64,000 nt of DNA from assembly GCA_015152475.1 (NCBI GenBank), contig SUTW01000006.1, positions 14,372-78,371 on the forward strand, given 5' to 3'. This stretch comes from Cyanobacteria bacterium SIG30 (GTDB taxonomy: Bacteria > Cyanobacteriota > Vampirovibrionia > Gastranaerophilales > Gastranaerophilaceae). Shown here one piece after another: positions 29,994 through 40,782 of the stretch. A model generated the notes under the pieces. The model had not been told where the DNA came from. It saw only the letters and a list, made by a program, of their open reading frames with translations, and did no database searches. Position 1 is the stretch's first letter. The number at the start of each line of letters is the position of its first letter. A program made the translations under genes and the position numbers.

Positions 29994-31073
29994 TTATTCT
30001 CGTGCAAGTTTTTCTAATTTTAATTTTTGGTCATATTCAACAAGAAGGTTAATAAGTTCATCAAGTTCGCCTTCAATAACGGTCCAAACATTTAAGTTTT
30101 GACCAATTCTATGATCTGTTAATCTGCCTTGAGGAAAATTATATGTTCTAATTCTCTCAGACCTGTCACCAGTTCCGACTTGCGAACGTCTTAAATCCGT
30201 TACTTCCTGCATTTGTTTTTGCACTTCCATATCATATAGTTTTGCTTTGATAATTTGAAGTGCTCTTTCTTTGTTTTGAAGTTGTGAGCGTTCTTCTGTA
30301 CAAAAAACCATAAGTCCAGTTGGCTTATGAACAACGCGAACTGCAGTTTCAACTTTATTTACGTTTTGACCACCTGCACCACCTGAACGGGCGGTTGAAA
30401 TTTCTAAATCTTCTGGTCTCAGTTCAACGGCAACATCATCAATTTCGGGCATAACAGCAACTGTTGCAGTTGATGTATGAACTCTTCCTTGAGATTCAGT
30501 TTGGGGAACTCTTTGAACCCTGTGCACACCTGATTCGTATTTTAATTTTGAATAAATATTTTCACCCTTAATTGAAATAATTGCTTCAGAAACACCACCA
30601 GCTTCGCATTCATTTATTGACAAAAGACTTGTTTGCCAACCTTGGTTAGATGCAAATCGTAAATACATTCTCATAAGGTCGCCTGCAAAAATATTGGCTT
30701 CATCGCCACCTGCACCACCTCTGATTTCAAGAATAATATCTTTATCGTCCATTGGATCTTTTGGAAGCAATAAGACTTTTAATTTTTCTTCTAATTTAAC
30801 AATCTTTTCTTCATTTTCAGTTATTTCAGCTTGTAAAAACTCTCTCATGGATGAATCTTTTTCGCCATGTAAAAGATTTTTAGCATCTTCTATGGCTTCT
30901 TGAGAATTTTTGTACTCTTTATAGGTTTCAACTGTTTCTTCCATAGATTTTCTTTGCTTAGATAAATCCCTGAATTTTTCATAATCTTGTGCGGTTTTAG
31001 GATCTGAAAGTAAGATACCTAATTCAGTATATTTTGCTTCTATTTTTTGTATTTTTTCTAACATGTCTTTCAT
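29994..31073 (-). CDS. prfA: Peptide chain release factor 1
   Basis: PQT tripeptide context ([15 protein letters not shown]) and GGQ motif ([17 protein letters not shown]). Confidence 0.97.
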   Translation of the reverse strand: MKDMLEKIQKIEAKYTELGILLSDPKTAQDYEKFRDLSKQRKSMEETVETYKEYKNSQEAIEDAKNLLHGEKDSSMREFLQAEITENEEKIVKLEEKLKVLLLPKDPMDDKDIILEIRGGAGGDEANIFAGDLMRMYLRFASNQGWQTSLLSINECEAGGVSEAIISIKGENIYSKLKYESGVHRVQRVPQTESQGRVHTSTATVAVMPEIDDVAVELRPEDLEISTARSGGAGGQNVNKVETAVRVVHKPTGLMVFCTEERSQLQNKERALQIIKAKLYDMEVQKQMQEVTDLRRSQVGTGDRSERIRTYNFPQGRLTDHRIGQNLNVWTVIEGELDELINLLVEYDQKLKLEKLARE

Positions 31074-31760
31074 TTATTTAGTTGGCATCCTTCCACAAGA
31101 TTTGTCTTCATCGCAAAAACCTAGTCTTTCACATTTAGGTACTAAATGTTTTTTAAGCCAAGGTTCAGTTTTTAAAACTTCGTCACACATTTTTTTAACC
31201 ATAGAGCGAATTTCACCTTGAGCGCGCGTACATAATCTTAAATTAGCTAAGTGAATCAATTCTCTTAAGTTTAAACTTGCAACAATTGAACTCGAAATTG
31301 CGTTAGGTAAAACAGCTCTTGCATCTTCACCTTTAATTCCGCATTCAACAAGTTTTTGATAAGCATCAGATGCTTCCTTCATATAATTTTCAAAAATTTC
31401 CAAGGCATCTTTATTGTTTTTTATAGCACTTGGAACTATATAATCAATTTCACCTTTTTCCTTAACGTATCTTTGAGATTTTTGAGAAAAAGACATATGT
31501 CTATGGCGCACTAATTGATGAGTACAAGCACGTGATACATGTGAAATTGCAAATGTTAACTGAATATGCTCAATTGTTGAATAATGACCAGAAGAAATAA
31601 CTCTTTCAATTAAGTTAAGCATTGTTTCTTCATCTGGTGCTTCGTCATAAATTTCTGCAGGAAGTTTTGCACTATAACAGGTTTTACAAGCTGTATAAAT
31701 GGTTTTCAACATGTTCTCTGGTTTTGCAATCAATTTAACACATTGTTCTTTTTCGCTCAT
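31074..31760 (-). CDS. thyX: FAD-dependent thymidylate synthase ThyX
   Basis: ThyX signature RHRHMSFSQKSQRY. Its stop abuts the prfA start. Confidence 0.93.
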   Translation of the reverse strand: MSEKEQCVKLIAKPENMLKTIYTACKTCYSAKLPAEIYDEAPDEETMLNLIERVISSGHYSTIEHIQLTFAISHVSRACTHQLVRHRHMSFSQKSQRYVKEKGEIDYIVPSAIKNNKDALEIFENYMKEASDAYQKLVECGIKGEDARAVLPNAISSSIVASLNLRELIHLANLRLCTRAQGEIRSMVKKMCDEVLKTEPWLKKHLVPKCERLGFCDEDKSCGRMPTK

Positions 31761-31792
31761 AAAACCTCCTAAAATGCATAACTAATAAAAGT

Positions 31793-31812
31793 CAAAGGGC
31801 ATAAGCCCTTTG
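31793..31812 (-). terminator. Hairpin terminator after rpmE
   Basis: On the minus strand, CAAAGGGC-TTAT-GCCCTTTG lies just downstream of the rpmE stop and is followed by a T-rich tract. Confidence 0.55.
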
Positions 31813-31817
31813 AAAAA

Positions 31818-32021
31818 CTATTTCTTTTGTTCGTAACGTTTTCTGAATCTTTCAACACGACCTTCAGAGTCAAGAATCTTTTGGTTTCCTGTGTAAAAAG
31901 GATGGCAAGCATTACAAATTTCAACTGTAATATCTTGATTTATTGAACCTGTTTCAATTTCGTTACCGCAAACACATTTAATTTTGCATTTTTGATAGTC
32001 TGGGTGAATATCTTTTTTCAT
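31818..32021 (-). CDS. rpmE: 50S ribosomal protein L31 (Zn-binding type)
   Basis: MKKDIHPDY...CVCG...CNACHPFYTG. Confidence 0.95.
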   Translation of the reverse strand: MKKDIHPDYQKCKIKCVCGNEIETGSINQDITVEICNACHPFYTGNQKILDSEGRVERFRKRYEQKK

Positions 32022-32091
32022 TTTATACCTCTTTTATTTAATTGCTGATTAAGATTATAATTTGCTCAAAATATAATTTCAAGTAGGAATA

Positions 32092-32973
32092 CTAAATTCT
32101 TCCTTTAATAACCCTTTCAACATAACCATAATATTCATTATTTTTAAATTTTGAGCAATTTAAGGCTATTTCTTCACGAGTTAAAAAACCTTTTCTGTAT
32201 GCAATTTCTTCAAGACAGGCGATTTTTACGCCTTGGTTTTCTTCAATTGTTTGAACATAATGTCCTGCGCTTAAAAGTGAACCATGAGTCCCTGTATCAA
32301 GCCATGCAAAACCACGTCCTAAAGGTTCAACTTTTAAATTACCATTTTTTAAATAAATATTATTTAAATCAGTAATTTCAAGTTCACCTCTTTTTGATGG
32401 TTTAAGTGATTTTGCAAATTTAACAACTGAATTATCGTAAAAATATAACCCGGTTACAGCATAATCAGATTTCGGATTTTGTGGTTTTTCTTCAAGCGAA
32501 ATTGCATTAAATTTGTCATCGAATTCAACAACTCCAAATCTTGTCGGGTCTTTAACCAAATAAGCAAAAACGTTTGCACCACCATTCTTTTCAACATTAT
32601 TTATAGCATTATTTAATATTTCGGTAAAGCAATTACCATAAAAAATATTATCGCCTAAAATTAAAGCGACAGAATCATCACCAATAAATTCTTCACCAAT
32701 AATAAAAGCTTGTGCAAGCCCATCAGGAGAAGGCTGTTCTGCATAAGATAGTTTTACACCAAATTGTGAACCGTCACCTAAAATCTTTTTAAAATTTGGC
32801 AAATCATGCGGAGTTGAGATGATTAAAATGTCGCGTATTCCAGCAAGCATTAAAACTGAAATAGGATAATAAATCATAGGTTTGTCATAAATTGGTAATA
32901 ACTGTTTTGAAATTGCCATTGTGCTTGGATAAAGCCTTGTGCCTGATCCACCTGCTAAAACTATACCTTTCAT
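32092..32973 (-). CDS. rfbA: Glucose-1-phosphate thymidylyltransferase
   Basis: [17 protein letters not shown]...[16 protein letters not shown]. The ATG at 32973 forms an ATGA overlap with the rfbB stop. Confidence 0.95.
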   Translation of the reverse strand: MKGIVLAGGSGTRLYPSTMAISKQLLPIYDKPMIYYPISVLMLAGIRDILIISTPHDLPNFKKILGDGSQFGVKLSYAEQPSPDGLAQAFIIGEEFIGDDSVALILGDNIFYGNCFTEILNNAINNVEKNGGANVFAYLVKDPTRFGVVEFDDKFNAISLEEKPQNPKSDYAVTGLYFYDNSVVKFAKSLKPSKRGELEITDLNNIYLKNGNLKVEPLGRGFAWLDTGTHGSLLSAGHYVQTIEENQGVKIACLEEIAYRKGFLTREEIALNCSKFKNNEYYGYVERVIKGRI

Positions 32974-33950
32974 AAACAAACCGCCTTTTTAGCTTCAATA
33001 CTTTTAATCCAGTCTTGGTTGTTTAAATACCAATTTATAGTAAGTTTAATGCCTTCTTCAAAAGTAACAGAAGGTTCCCAGCCAAGTTCTGTTTGAATTT
33101 TAGTATTATCAATAGCATAACGTCTATCATGACCCAATCTATCTTGAACATATTCAATTCTATCTTCGCCAAGATTCATTTCATTTAAAATTAATTTTGT
33201 AATTTCTATATTGGTTTTTTCATTTCGTCCACCAACATTGTAAACATTACCGACAATGCCATTATGCAAAACAGTATCAATAGCGCTACAATGGTCATAA
33301 ACATATAGCCAATCACGAACATTTAAGCCATCACCGTAAACTGGTACTTTTTCGCCTTTTAATAATTTAGAAATAAAAAATGGGATTAATTTTTCAGGAT
33401 ATTGATAAGGCCCATAATTATTAGAGCATCTTGTAATTAATGTTGGTAATTTATAAGTTTCAAAATATGCCCTAACTAACATATCAGCACTTGCCTTAGA
33501 TGCAGAATAAGGGCTATTTGGTGAAATTGGACTAGATTCTGTAAATAGACCAACTTTACCTAAGGAGCCATATACTTCATCTGTTGATACTTGAAGATAT
33601 CTGCCAATTTTATTATTAAGAGCTGCTTGCAAAAGATTTAAAGTACCCTTAACATTTGTGTCAATAAATATTTCAGGTGATGAAATAGACCTATCAACAT
33701 GGCTTTCAGCTGCAAAATTAACAATGCAGTCTACATCTTTTACAATATCATTTACGATATCCTTGTCACAAATATTTGCTTTCACAAACTTATAATTAGG
33801 ATTATTTTTTATATCGTCAAGATTTTCAATATTACCCGCATATGTGAGGCAATCAAGGTTAATAACTTTATATGTAGGATATTTATTTAAAATATATCTT
33901 ACAAAACAACTACCTATAAAACCTGCGCCACCTGTCACTAAAATTTTCAT
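32970..33950 (-). CDS. rfbB: dTDP-glucose 4,6-dehydratase
   Basis: [36 protein letters not shown]. The start is set at 33950 because the upstream extension of the ORF overlaps a terminator hairpin. Confidence 0.95.
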   Translation of the reverse strand: MKILVTGGAGFIGSCFVRYILNKYPTYKVINLDCLTYAGNIENLDDIKNNPNYKFVKANICDKDIVNDIVKDVDCIVNFAAESHVDRSISSPEIFIDTNVKGTLNLLQAALNNKIGRYLQVSTDEVYGSLGKVGLFTESSPISPNSPYSASKASADMLVRAYFETYKLPTLITRCSNNYGPYQYPEKLIPFFISKLLKGEKVPVYGDGLNVRDWLYVYDHCSAIDTVLHNGIVGNVYNVGGRNEKTNIEITKLILNEMNLGEDRIEYVQDRLGHDRRYAIDNTKIQTELGWEPSVTFEEGIKLTINWYLNNQDWIKSIEAKKAVCL

Positions 33951-34004
33951 AAAATAACCTTTCTCGAACACAATTATTATACATAGAAATATTCTTTTTG
34001 GCAA

Positions 34005-34036
34005 AAATAAAAAAAACCGCACAATTACTTGTGCGG
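34005..34036 (-). terminator. Rho-independent terminator after the 158-aa coiled-coil gene
   Basis: On the minus strand, CCGCACAA-GTAA-TTGTGCGG (8-bp stem, 34017-34036) is followed by a long T-run (34005-34016). Confidence 0.7.
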
Positions 34037-34090
34037 TAACATTTTACATTACTTCCCTGTCCATATGAGCTAAATCTATTTAATTCTTTT

Positions 34091-34567
34091 TTAAGCTAGC
34101 TTAATTGCGCCGTTCTTAATATCTGTGTCCATGGCTTGACCAAGACTTTCATATTCAGCCCTAGCTGCTTTAAGCTGAGTTTCTATTTGCTCTTGTTGTG
34201 CCTCTAATGCCTGTGTTTGAGCATCAGCAATCGCTTGACGTGTTTGGTTTTTAGCATTAAAGATACTTTCTGCATTTTGCTTTTGGTTGTTATAGATCAG
34301 ATTTGCTTGTATGATTTGTTTTTGTGTTGCTAACTGATCATTAACATTGCCCGTGGCAGTTGTGTTAATACCATTGATGTTGTTCATATACGCTGCATTA
34401 ATTACTGCAGTATCGTAGTTGTACTGTAATTGACCCGCTTGTTGTTCGTATGAACTGTTGTTTGCAACTGTTTGAAGTTGTTGACTGATTCTAATTAAAT
34501 CAGATTCAAGTGTGTTGATACGATTTTTGAGCGTCATTTTTCTTAGTGAAATTGTGACCCAGCCCAT
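34091..34567 (-). CDS. Coiled-coil protein, paralog 1 (158 aa, unknown family; conserved termini, Q/N-rich variable core)
   Basis: Strong SD (AAGGAGAG) and its own terminator. Termini are shared with the neighbouring paralog (MGWVTISLRKMTLKNRIN...; ...ETQLKAARAEYESLGQAMDTDIKNGAIKLA). Confidence 0.8.
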   Translation of the reverse strand: MGWVTISLRKMTLKNRINTLESDLIRISQQLQTVANNSSYEQQAGQLQYNYDTAVINAAYMNNINGINTTATGNVNDQLATQKQIIQANLIYNNQKQNAESIFNAKNQTRQAIADAQTQALEAQQEQIETQLKAARAEYESLGQAMDTDIKNGAIKLA

Positions 34568-34797
34568 AGTGTCTCTCCTTTTCTTTGTAATGTAAAAATG
34601 TGTTTACTTGTTTTTTTATTTTTGTTTTATTGCCTCGTGTCTTAATAAAAAAAAATTGCGAAAAAAAAGTGCCTTTTTTATTCCGAATTGTTAAGTTTTG
34701 TTAACAAAGTCGTTTTTCAAAAAGCACTCTTTTTCAAGTCACTACTGAGTTTGAGAGTATTTTAAAAATATTGAATTTATCTATAAATCTATCAAAA

Positions 34798-35265
34798 CTA
34801 TGCTAATTTAATTGCACTTTTTTGAATATCATTATCCATTGCTTGACCTAAACTTTCATATTCAGCATTCGCAGCTTTAAGTTGAGTTTCAACTTGTTCT
34901 TTTCTTGCTTCAATTGCCTTAGTCTTAGCATCAGTTACGTTTTTCAAGCTGCTTGCCTTACTTTCATTAATTGATGAAAATACATTAGCATTCTGGTTGT
35001 AACGTTGTTGAACTTTCATAATTGCTTCTTGTTTTTTACTTGCATCAATTTTTTTGTTTGAATTTATGGCATCCATAGCTTTTTCATAATCAGCATACAT
35101 TAAGCTTTGCTGATAATTTGATGTCAAATTTGTCATTTGTTGTTCTTGTGATGATTCTCTTGAAGCCGTTTGTAATTCTTGGCTAATTTGGATTGCTTCA
35201 GATTCAAGTTGATTGATTCTGTTTTTAAGCTCCATTTTTCTTAATGAAATAGTTGCCCAAGTCAT
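34798..35265 (-). CDS. Coiled-coil protein, paralog 2 (155 aa, unknown family)
   Basis: MTWATISLRKMELKNRIN... and ...ETQLKAANAEYESLGQAMDNDIQKSAIKLA. Differences from paralog 1 in the conserved ends are synonymous where I checked codon by codon (an 11-codon stretch). Confidence 0.8.
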   Translation of the reverse strand: MTWATISLRKMELKNRINQLESEAIQISQELQTASRESSQEQQMTNLTSNYQQSLMYADYEKAMDAINSNKKIDASKKQEAIMKVQQRYNQNANVFSSINESKASSLKNVTDAKTKAIEARKEQVETQLKAANAEYESLGQAMDNDIQKSAIKLA

Positions 35266-35517
35266 AATTTAACTCTCTTTCCCTTAATAATGTGTAACTC
35301 TCGTTCTTAAATTCTTCCTAAAAATTTAATCCCTTACATTAGTAAAGTTTTTTTTGTTTTAAAAATTGCTAAATTGATAAATAATTGTTAAGTTTTGTAA
35401 AGTTAAATTTGAACCTTATGGCAAAAAAGCCCATAAATACAGGACTAAAAAATCTTTATAAATAAAAATATTTGTGGGATAATTAAGCATGTATGTTTAT
35501 TTTTAGAGAGGACAATT

Positions 35518-36846
35518 ATGGAACAATTACACGAATTTGCAGTAAATAATACCATGCTCTTAAATGGCATTATATTACTCATTACATACTTTTTTATAGT
35601 ATGGGAAAAAGTTTCAAAAGTAACTGTTGCACTTATTGGTGCATCTTTTACATTATTACTTGCAGCATTTACAATCCACGGAACAGGTACAACTCTTGAA
35701 GCTTACTTCCCTAATTTTTTAAAACAAATCTTTGAAATTATATTCTTATTAGTTTCAATGATGATTGTAGTTGACATTTCTGCCCGTTCAGGAATGTATA
35801 CCTGGGTTGCAAAAGAATTAGTCAAAATAACAAAAGGACACCCAAAATTAGTTTTATTCGCACTCGCTGCATTTACAGCTTTTGTTAGCGCATTTTTAGA
35901 TAACGTAACAACGGTTATCCTTGTTATGCCAATTACATATGCAGTTTGTAAAATGCTCGATATTAACCCAGTTTGTTTCTTAATAACTGAAATTTTAGCT
36001 TCAAACATTGGTGGAACAGCAACTTTAATTGGGGACCCTCCAAACATCATTATTGGAGCTGCAGCAAACTTTAGCTTTATGGATTTTATAAATGAGTTAA
36101 CTCCAATTGTCGTAATATGCTTCTTTATATCAGCATTAATTCTTATTTTCTTATTCAGAAAACAACTTATTGCAAACCCTGAAAAAATGGAAGAAATTAA
36201 AACATTAAGTAACAAAGGCACAATAACAGACAAGCCATTAGTTGTTCGTTCTTGTATTATTTTAGGCTTAATTATTTTAGGTTTTGTAACACATGACATC
36301 ACTCATATTCCAGCATTTTTAATTGCAATGATTGGTGCAAGTATTTTATTAATATTTGAAGATATTGATAAAGTCTTAGAACATGTTGAATGGAATACTT
36401 TGTTATTCTTTGTAGGTTTATTCCTTGTAATAGGTGGCGTTGAAGCAAGTGGCGCAATTGGCGTTTGTGCTGATTTTTTAATGAAAATAACAAATGGTTC
36501 ACAAGAAATTACAACAATGGCAATTTTGTGGGGCAGCACATTTATTGCAGGTGTTATAGGTAATATTCCTTATACAACAGCCCTAACACCAGTTGTTGCA
36601 TCAATTCAAACAACAATGGGTGCTGATTATGTCTATCCAATTTGGTGGGCATTATCACTTGGCGCATGCCTTGGTGGCAACTTAACAATTATTGGTGCTG
36701 CAGCAAACGTAATTGTAAGCCAGAGCGCTGCCAAAAAAGGTCATATAATCACATTTATCGACTTCTTAAAATACGGTAGCCTTGTAACAATCATAAACGT
36801 AGTTTTATCAATGATATACATTTATTTAAAATATCTGCTAAAATAA
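35518..36846 (+). CDS. ArsB/NhaD-superfamily (CitMHS-like) anion/cation permease
   Basis: 442 aa and polytopic. Motifs [16 protein letters not shown] and [15 protein letters not shown], repeated in the second half as [13 protein letters not shown]. Confidence 0.8.
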   Translation: MEQLHEFAVNNTMLLNGIILLITYFFIVWEKVSKVTVALIGASFTLLLAAFTIHGTGTTLEAYFPNFLKQIFEIIFLLVSMMIVVDISARSGMYTWVAKELVKITKGHPKLVLFALAAFTAFVSAFLDNVTTVILVMPITYAVCKMLDINPVCFLITEILASNIGGTATLIGDPPNIIIGAAANFSFMDFINELTPIVVICFFISALILIFLFRKQLIANPEKMEEIKTLSNKGTITDKPLVVRSCIILGLIILGFVTHDITHIPAFLIAMIGASILLIFEDIDKVLEHVEWNTLLFFVGLFLVIGGVEASGAIGVCADFLMKITNGSQEITTMAILWGSTFIAGVIGNIPYTTALTPVVASIQTTMGADYVYPIWWALSLGACLGGNLTIIGAAANVIVSQSAAKKGHIITFIDFLKYGSLVTIINVVLSMIYIYLKYLLK

Positions 36847-36850
36847 AATT

Positions 36851-37903
36851 ATGATAATTTCTGAAGACAATAATGAAAAAATAATAAACAAAAATCAAAA
36901 TCTTGCTCCAAAAAAGCAAGATTTTGATATGTCATACGAAAGAAATATAAGACCCAAAAATTTTAAAGATTATATAGGGCAAGAATCACTTAAAAAAACA
37001 TTAAAAATATCTATTGAAGCAAGTAAAAAAAGAAGTTTACCTCTTGACCATTTATTGTTATATGGACCACCAGGACTTGGAAAAACTACTCTTGCAACAA
37101 TAATTGCAAACGAGATGAATGTTGAAATTAAAATAACGTCAGCGCCTTCCCTTGAAAGACCAAGAGATATTATAGGAATTTTAATGGGATTAAAAGGCGG
37201 TGAAATTTTATTTATAGACGAAATTCACCGTTTAAGCAAAGTTGCAGAAGAAATACTATATCCCGCAATGGAAGATTTTTACATTGACCTAACAACAGGC
37301 AAATCGCAAACAGTTAAAACAATGAGAGTTCCTGTACCAAAATTTACATTAATTGGTGCAACAACTAAAGCTGGAGCACTATCAGGGCCTTTAAGAGATA
37401 GATTTGGCATAATACACAGATTGGAATTTTATAAAGACGAAGAACTTAAAGAGGTTATTTTAAGAAGTGCAAAAATTTTAGATATACAAATAAATGACGA
37501 GGCTGCACTTGAAATTGCAAAAAGATCAAGATTAACTCCAAGAATTGCAAACAGATTAGTTAAAAGAGCAAGTGATTGGGCGCTTGTAAAACATAACGGC
37601 GTAATTACATTGGACGTTGCAAAAGAAGCGCTTGACGGACTAAACATCGACAATTTAGGTCTTGATAACACAGATAGAGAACTTTTAAACGTAATTGCTC
37701 AAAAATATAAAGGTGGACCTGTTGGAATTGAAACACTTGCTGTTGCAATTGGCGAAGATGTTGCAACCGTTGAAGATGTTTATGAACCTTATTTAATACA
37801 ATCAGGACTTCTTGAGAGAACTTTAAGAGGCAGAAAAATAACAAATAATGGACTTAAACACATTGGCATCAAACAAAATAATAATCAAATGAGTTTGTTT
37901 TAA
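36851..37903 (+). CDS. ruvB: Holliday junction branch migration helicase RuvB
   Basis: [48 protein letters not shown]. Confidence 0.96.
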   Translation: MIISEDNNEKIINKNQNLAPKKQDFDMSYERNIRPKNFKDYIGQESLKKTLKISIEASKKRSLPLDHLLLYGPPGLGKTTLATIIANEMNVEIKITSAPSLERPRDIIGILMGLKGGEILFIDEIHRLSKVAEEILYPAMEDFYIDLTTGKSQTVKTMRVPVPKFTLIGATTKAGALSGPLRDRFGIIHRLEFYKDEELKEVILRSAKILDIQINDEAALEIAKRSRLTPRIANRLVKRASDWALVKHNGVITLDVAKEALDGLNIDNLGLDNTDRELLNVIAQKYKGGPVGIETLAVAIGEDVATVEDVYEPYLIQSGLLERTLRGRKITNNGLKHIGIKQNNNQMSLF

Positions 37904-37924
37904 TTTTTATGCTAAAATTTTTAT

Positions 37925-38440
37925 ATGGATGTAATTTGCCAAGACTTAAATAAAACAAAAGAAATCGCGACACTTCTTGCTCAATGTGTCGGAAAAGATG
38001 GCGCATTTATAGCCTTATCTGGCGCAATTGGTGTTGGAAAAACAACCTTTACAAGATTTTTGCTTCAAGCGCTTGGAGTTGAGCAAAATGTTACAAGTCC
38101 AACATTTGTTTTACTAAACGAATACCATAGCGACAAACATATACCTATTTATCATTTTGACTTATACAGACTTGAAAAAGAAGGTCTTAAAACCATATCA
38201 AAAGAATTAGATGAATATATTGAAGATGGCAAATTAACTCTTATTGAATGGGCAAATTATGGACAAAATTATCTTCCAGAAGAAAGAATAAGTCTTGAAA
38301 TCACTTATGGTACACACACAAAAAATGAAAATTTAAGAATATTTAAATTTTCAGCCAATGGCAAAAAAATGGAAGAAATTGTTGAAAAATTACAAAAAAA
38401 GATTATACAAAGAGAAAAAGAATTAGAGAGGTTATGTTAA
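37925..38440 (+). CDS. tsaE: tRNA t6A37 biosynthesis ATPase TsaE
   Basis: LSGAIGVGKTTFTRFLLQALG...VTSPTFVLLNEY...YHFDLYRL. Confidence 0.85.
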   Translation: MDVICQDLNKTKEIATLLAQCVGKDGAFIALSGAIGVGKTTFTRFLLQALGVEQNVTSPTFVLLNEYHSDKHIPIYHFDLYRLEKEGLKTISKELDEYIEDGKLTLIEWANYGQNYLPEERISLEITYGTHTKNENLRIFKFSANGKKMEEIVEKLQKKIIQREKELERLC

Positions 38441-39118
38441 ATGCAAGTATTAGTTTTCGATACATCACTGGATAAAACATATATAACACTTGCACTACAA
38501 GATTCCAAAACAGAAACTTCAACTTTTGTGTCAACAAAAATCAAGAGTTCAAAGTTAAAATATCATAGCGCTTATTTAATAAGCCAAATAAAACAAATTC
38601 TGGCAAATAATTTTGTGGAATTAAAAAATATTGATGCCATAGGTGTTAATATTGGTCCTGGTAGCTTTACTGGTATTAGAGTTTGCTTGACTGTCGCAAA
38701 AATAATAGCGCAACAACTTAACATAAGATTGGTCGGCGTCTCATCTTGCGAGATACTTTCAAAAATATTTTTATCAGAAGGGAAAATATGTCCCGTTTTA
38801 ATGGATGCAAGAAGAGAAATGTATTACTGCTATAATCAAGAAAAAGGTACAAAAGTTCATTTATTTAAAAAAGATGAATTAAATGAATTTTTTGAGGAAT
38901 TAGATAAAAACATACCAATAATTTGCGATACAAATTGTGCTTCAATAATAAAAGAAGCAGGTTTTAAAGCCATAAATTTTGAAGAAGAATCTTTTGAATT
39001 AGGTGAAATTTTAGCAGGCATTACATTGTCAAAATTAAAAACAATAACAAAAATTGGACAATGTCACTGGTCAGCCGTTAAGCCACTATACGTTCAAACT
39101 CCACCTGTTTTAGGCTAA
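38441..39118 (+). CDS. tsaB: tRNA t6A37 biosynthesis protein TsaB
   Basis: VLVFDTS...GVNIGPGSFTGIRVCLTVAKIIAQQL. Directly follows tsaE. Confidence 0.8.
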   Translation: MQVLVFDTSLDKTYITLALQDSKTETSTFVSTKIKSSKLKYHSAYLISQIKQILANNFVELKNIDAIGVNIGPGSFTGIRVCLTVAKIIAQQLNIRLVGVSSCEILSKIFLSEGKICPVLMDARREMYYCYNQEKGTKVHLFKKDELNEFFEELDKNIPIICDTNCASIIKEAGFKAINFEEESFELGEILAGITLSKLKTITKIGQCHWSAVKPLYVQTPPVLG

Positions 39119-39121
39119 CTT

Positions 39122-40123
39122 TTAAGGTATTTCGTATTTTAAAATTAAACCATGAGGTACAATATCAAATTGTGTTTCATCAAGCGATAAAAGAATAATT
39201 TCGCCTGTTGAAAGTATAGCACTCCATGCTCCTAAAAAAACTTTTTTGTTTTCTTTTGTGTACCCATATGCGATTGCAATAATTTCATCTTCATTTTCAG
39301 CATTAAAACCAAGAGGTTTAATATCCCATCTGTAAAAATTAAGTCTTAGGGATAATTGATTACTCCAAAAATTTTTAATTGGTTCTTCAAAATCAATCTT
39401 TTCAACAGACAAGGTTTCACAATAATCACTAATGTTGACCTTATAAAGATTAGTTGTAAACAAACCAGTATTTAAAGAGCCAATTTTTTCTTTTACAAGT
39501 ATAAAATTTGCATATTTTGACCAATCAAGAATTGTTAAAGAAGAAAAATAATCATCTTTGACCATCTCAACTCCACTTTTAAGCAAATTTGTTTTTTGAG
39601 CATTTAGTATATTAACTTTTTTGAATCTGTCTTTTTTTGAAAAGCTTTTATCAAGAGGCGCAATATAAAGTTCAGATGCAATTTGGTTTGTTGAAGGGTA
39701 ATAATAGTGAGTAACATATGCAATTTTACTTAAACTTTCATCTGCAACACCCAAAGAATTAACAGATGAGTATTTTTTTACATCAGATAAATTAACTTCC
39801 ATGCCACCTGCTGGAATATTGTATTTTAAAATATAGGAATCTCTTTCTTTAACTTTAGAAAGTTTCTTATTGACCTTGGGTACAATTTTTGGATTTTCTC
39901 TTTCAGTTAACGGAATACTTGATGCACGAATAAGCCACTCATCAGGCGTAATTGGCATCTTTTCAGTGTCATTATTTTTCTTAAATTTTTTCCAAAAAGC
40001 AACACGGTCAAAAAAACTTTTTGACTGAAGTACAGTATTTGGGTCATATTCTTTATTTTTTGCAAAAACACAAGAATTGAATAAAAATAAAAATAAAAAA
40101 GTAAATAAAATGCCCTTTTTCAT
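39122..40123 (-). CDS. Hypothetical secreted protein/lipoprotein (333 aa), last gene of the two-component operon
   Basis: N-terminal signal peptide MKKGILFTFLFLFLFNSCVFA (a possible lipobox Cys). Its start shares a base with the response-regulator stop. Confidence 0.6.
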   Translation of the reverse strand: MKKGILFTFLFLFLFNSCVFAKNKEYDPNTVLQSKSFFDRVAFWKKFKKNNDTEKMPITPDEWLIRASSIPLTERENPKIVPKVNKKLSKVKERDSYILKYNIPAGGMEVNLSDVKKYSSVNSLGVADESLSKIAYVTHYYYPSTNQIASELYIAPLDKSFSKKDRFKKVNILNAQKTNLLKSGVEMVKDDYFSSLTILDWSKYANFILVKEKIGSLNTGLFTTNLYKVNISDYCETLSVEKIDFEEPIKNFWSNQLSLRLNFYRWDIKPLGFNAENEDEIIAIAYGYTKENKKVFLGAWSAILSTGEIILLSLDETQFDIVPHGLILKYEIP

Positions 40124-40782
40124 TACACAAGACTTTCTCGAACCGCATAAACAGCAGCTTGTGTGCGCCCACTTAAATATAATTTTTGCAAAATATTATG
40201 CACGTGTGTTTTTGTTGTTGACAATGAAACAAAAAGCTTTTCTGATATTTCAGAATCTTCAAGCCCTTCGACAATAAGCGCTAAAACCTCTAATTCTCTT
40301 TTTGTTAGACCATATTTGTTCTTATCTTTTGGAGCATCCCTTTTAATACTTGTTTCATTGACTGATGATAAAACCATTTTTGCAATTGCAGGGTCAAGCC
40401 AGGCAGCTCCCTGATGGATATTAATAATTGCATTTGATAAAACATCAGGATTAGTATCCTTCATAATATAGCCATTTGCACCAGCCTTTAAAGCTGCAAA
40501 AACATCTTCAGATGCATCTCTTTGTGTAAACATTAAAATTTTAGATTTTAAATTCAATTCTTTTATTTTTGAAGTAGCTTCAATTCCATCCATTTTAGGA
40601 AGACCAATATCCATTAAAATAACATCTGGTTCAAATTTTTTTGCCATTTCAACACCAATGACACCATCTTCTGCCTGTGCAACAAGTTCAAATTTGCCCG
40701 AATTTTCAAGTGCAGTAGATGTTGCTAAACGCATCATAATTTGATCTTCAACCAATAAAACTTTTATTTTTTCACTACTCAT
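40123..40782 (-). CDS. NarL/LuxR-family response regulator
   Basis: VLLVEDQIMMR, DVILMDIGLPKMDG and ALKAGANGYIMKD, plus a LuxR HTH (LTKRELEVLALIVEGLEDSEISEKLFVSLSTTKTHVHNILQKL). Confidence 0.9.
   Translation of the reverse strand: MSSEKIKVLLVEDQIMMRLATSTALENSGKFELVAQAEDGVIGVEMAKKFEPDVILMDIGLPKMDGIEATSKIKELNLKSKILMFTQRDASEDVFAALKAGANGYIMKDTNPDVLSNAIINIHQGAAWLDPAIAKMVLSSVNETSIKRDAPKDKNKYGLTKRELEVLALIVEGLEDSEISEKLFVSLSTTKTHVHNILQKLYLSGRTQAAVYAVRESLV

Noticed and set aside
35703-36302. 199-aa minus-strand ORF inside the ArsB/NhaD permease gene (plus the 67-aa and 78-aa ORFs at 36299-36539)
   Set aside because: It lies fully within a well-supported polytopic transporter gene. Its composition is the complement of hydrophobic codons, with no SD or motif. 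It is long for an AT-rich genome, but shadow ORFs opposite membrane-protein genes are common.
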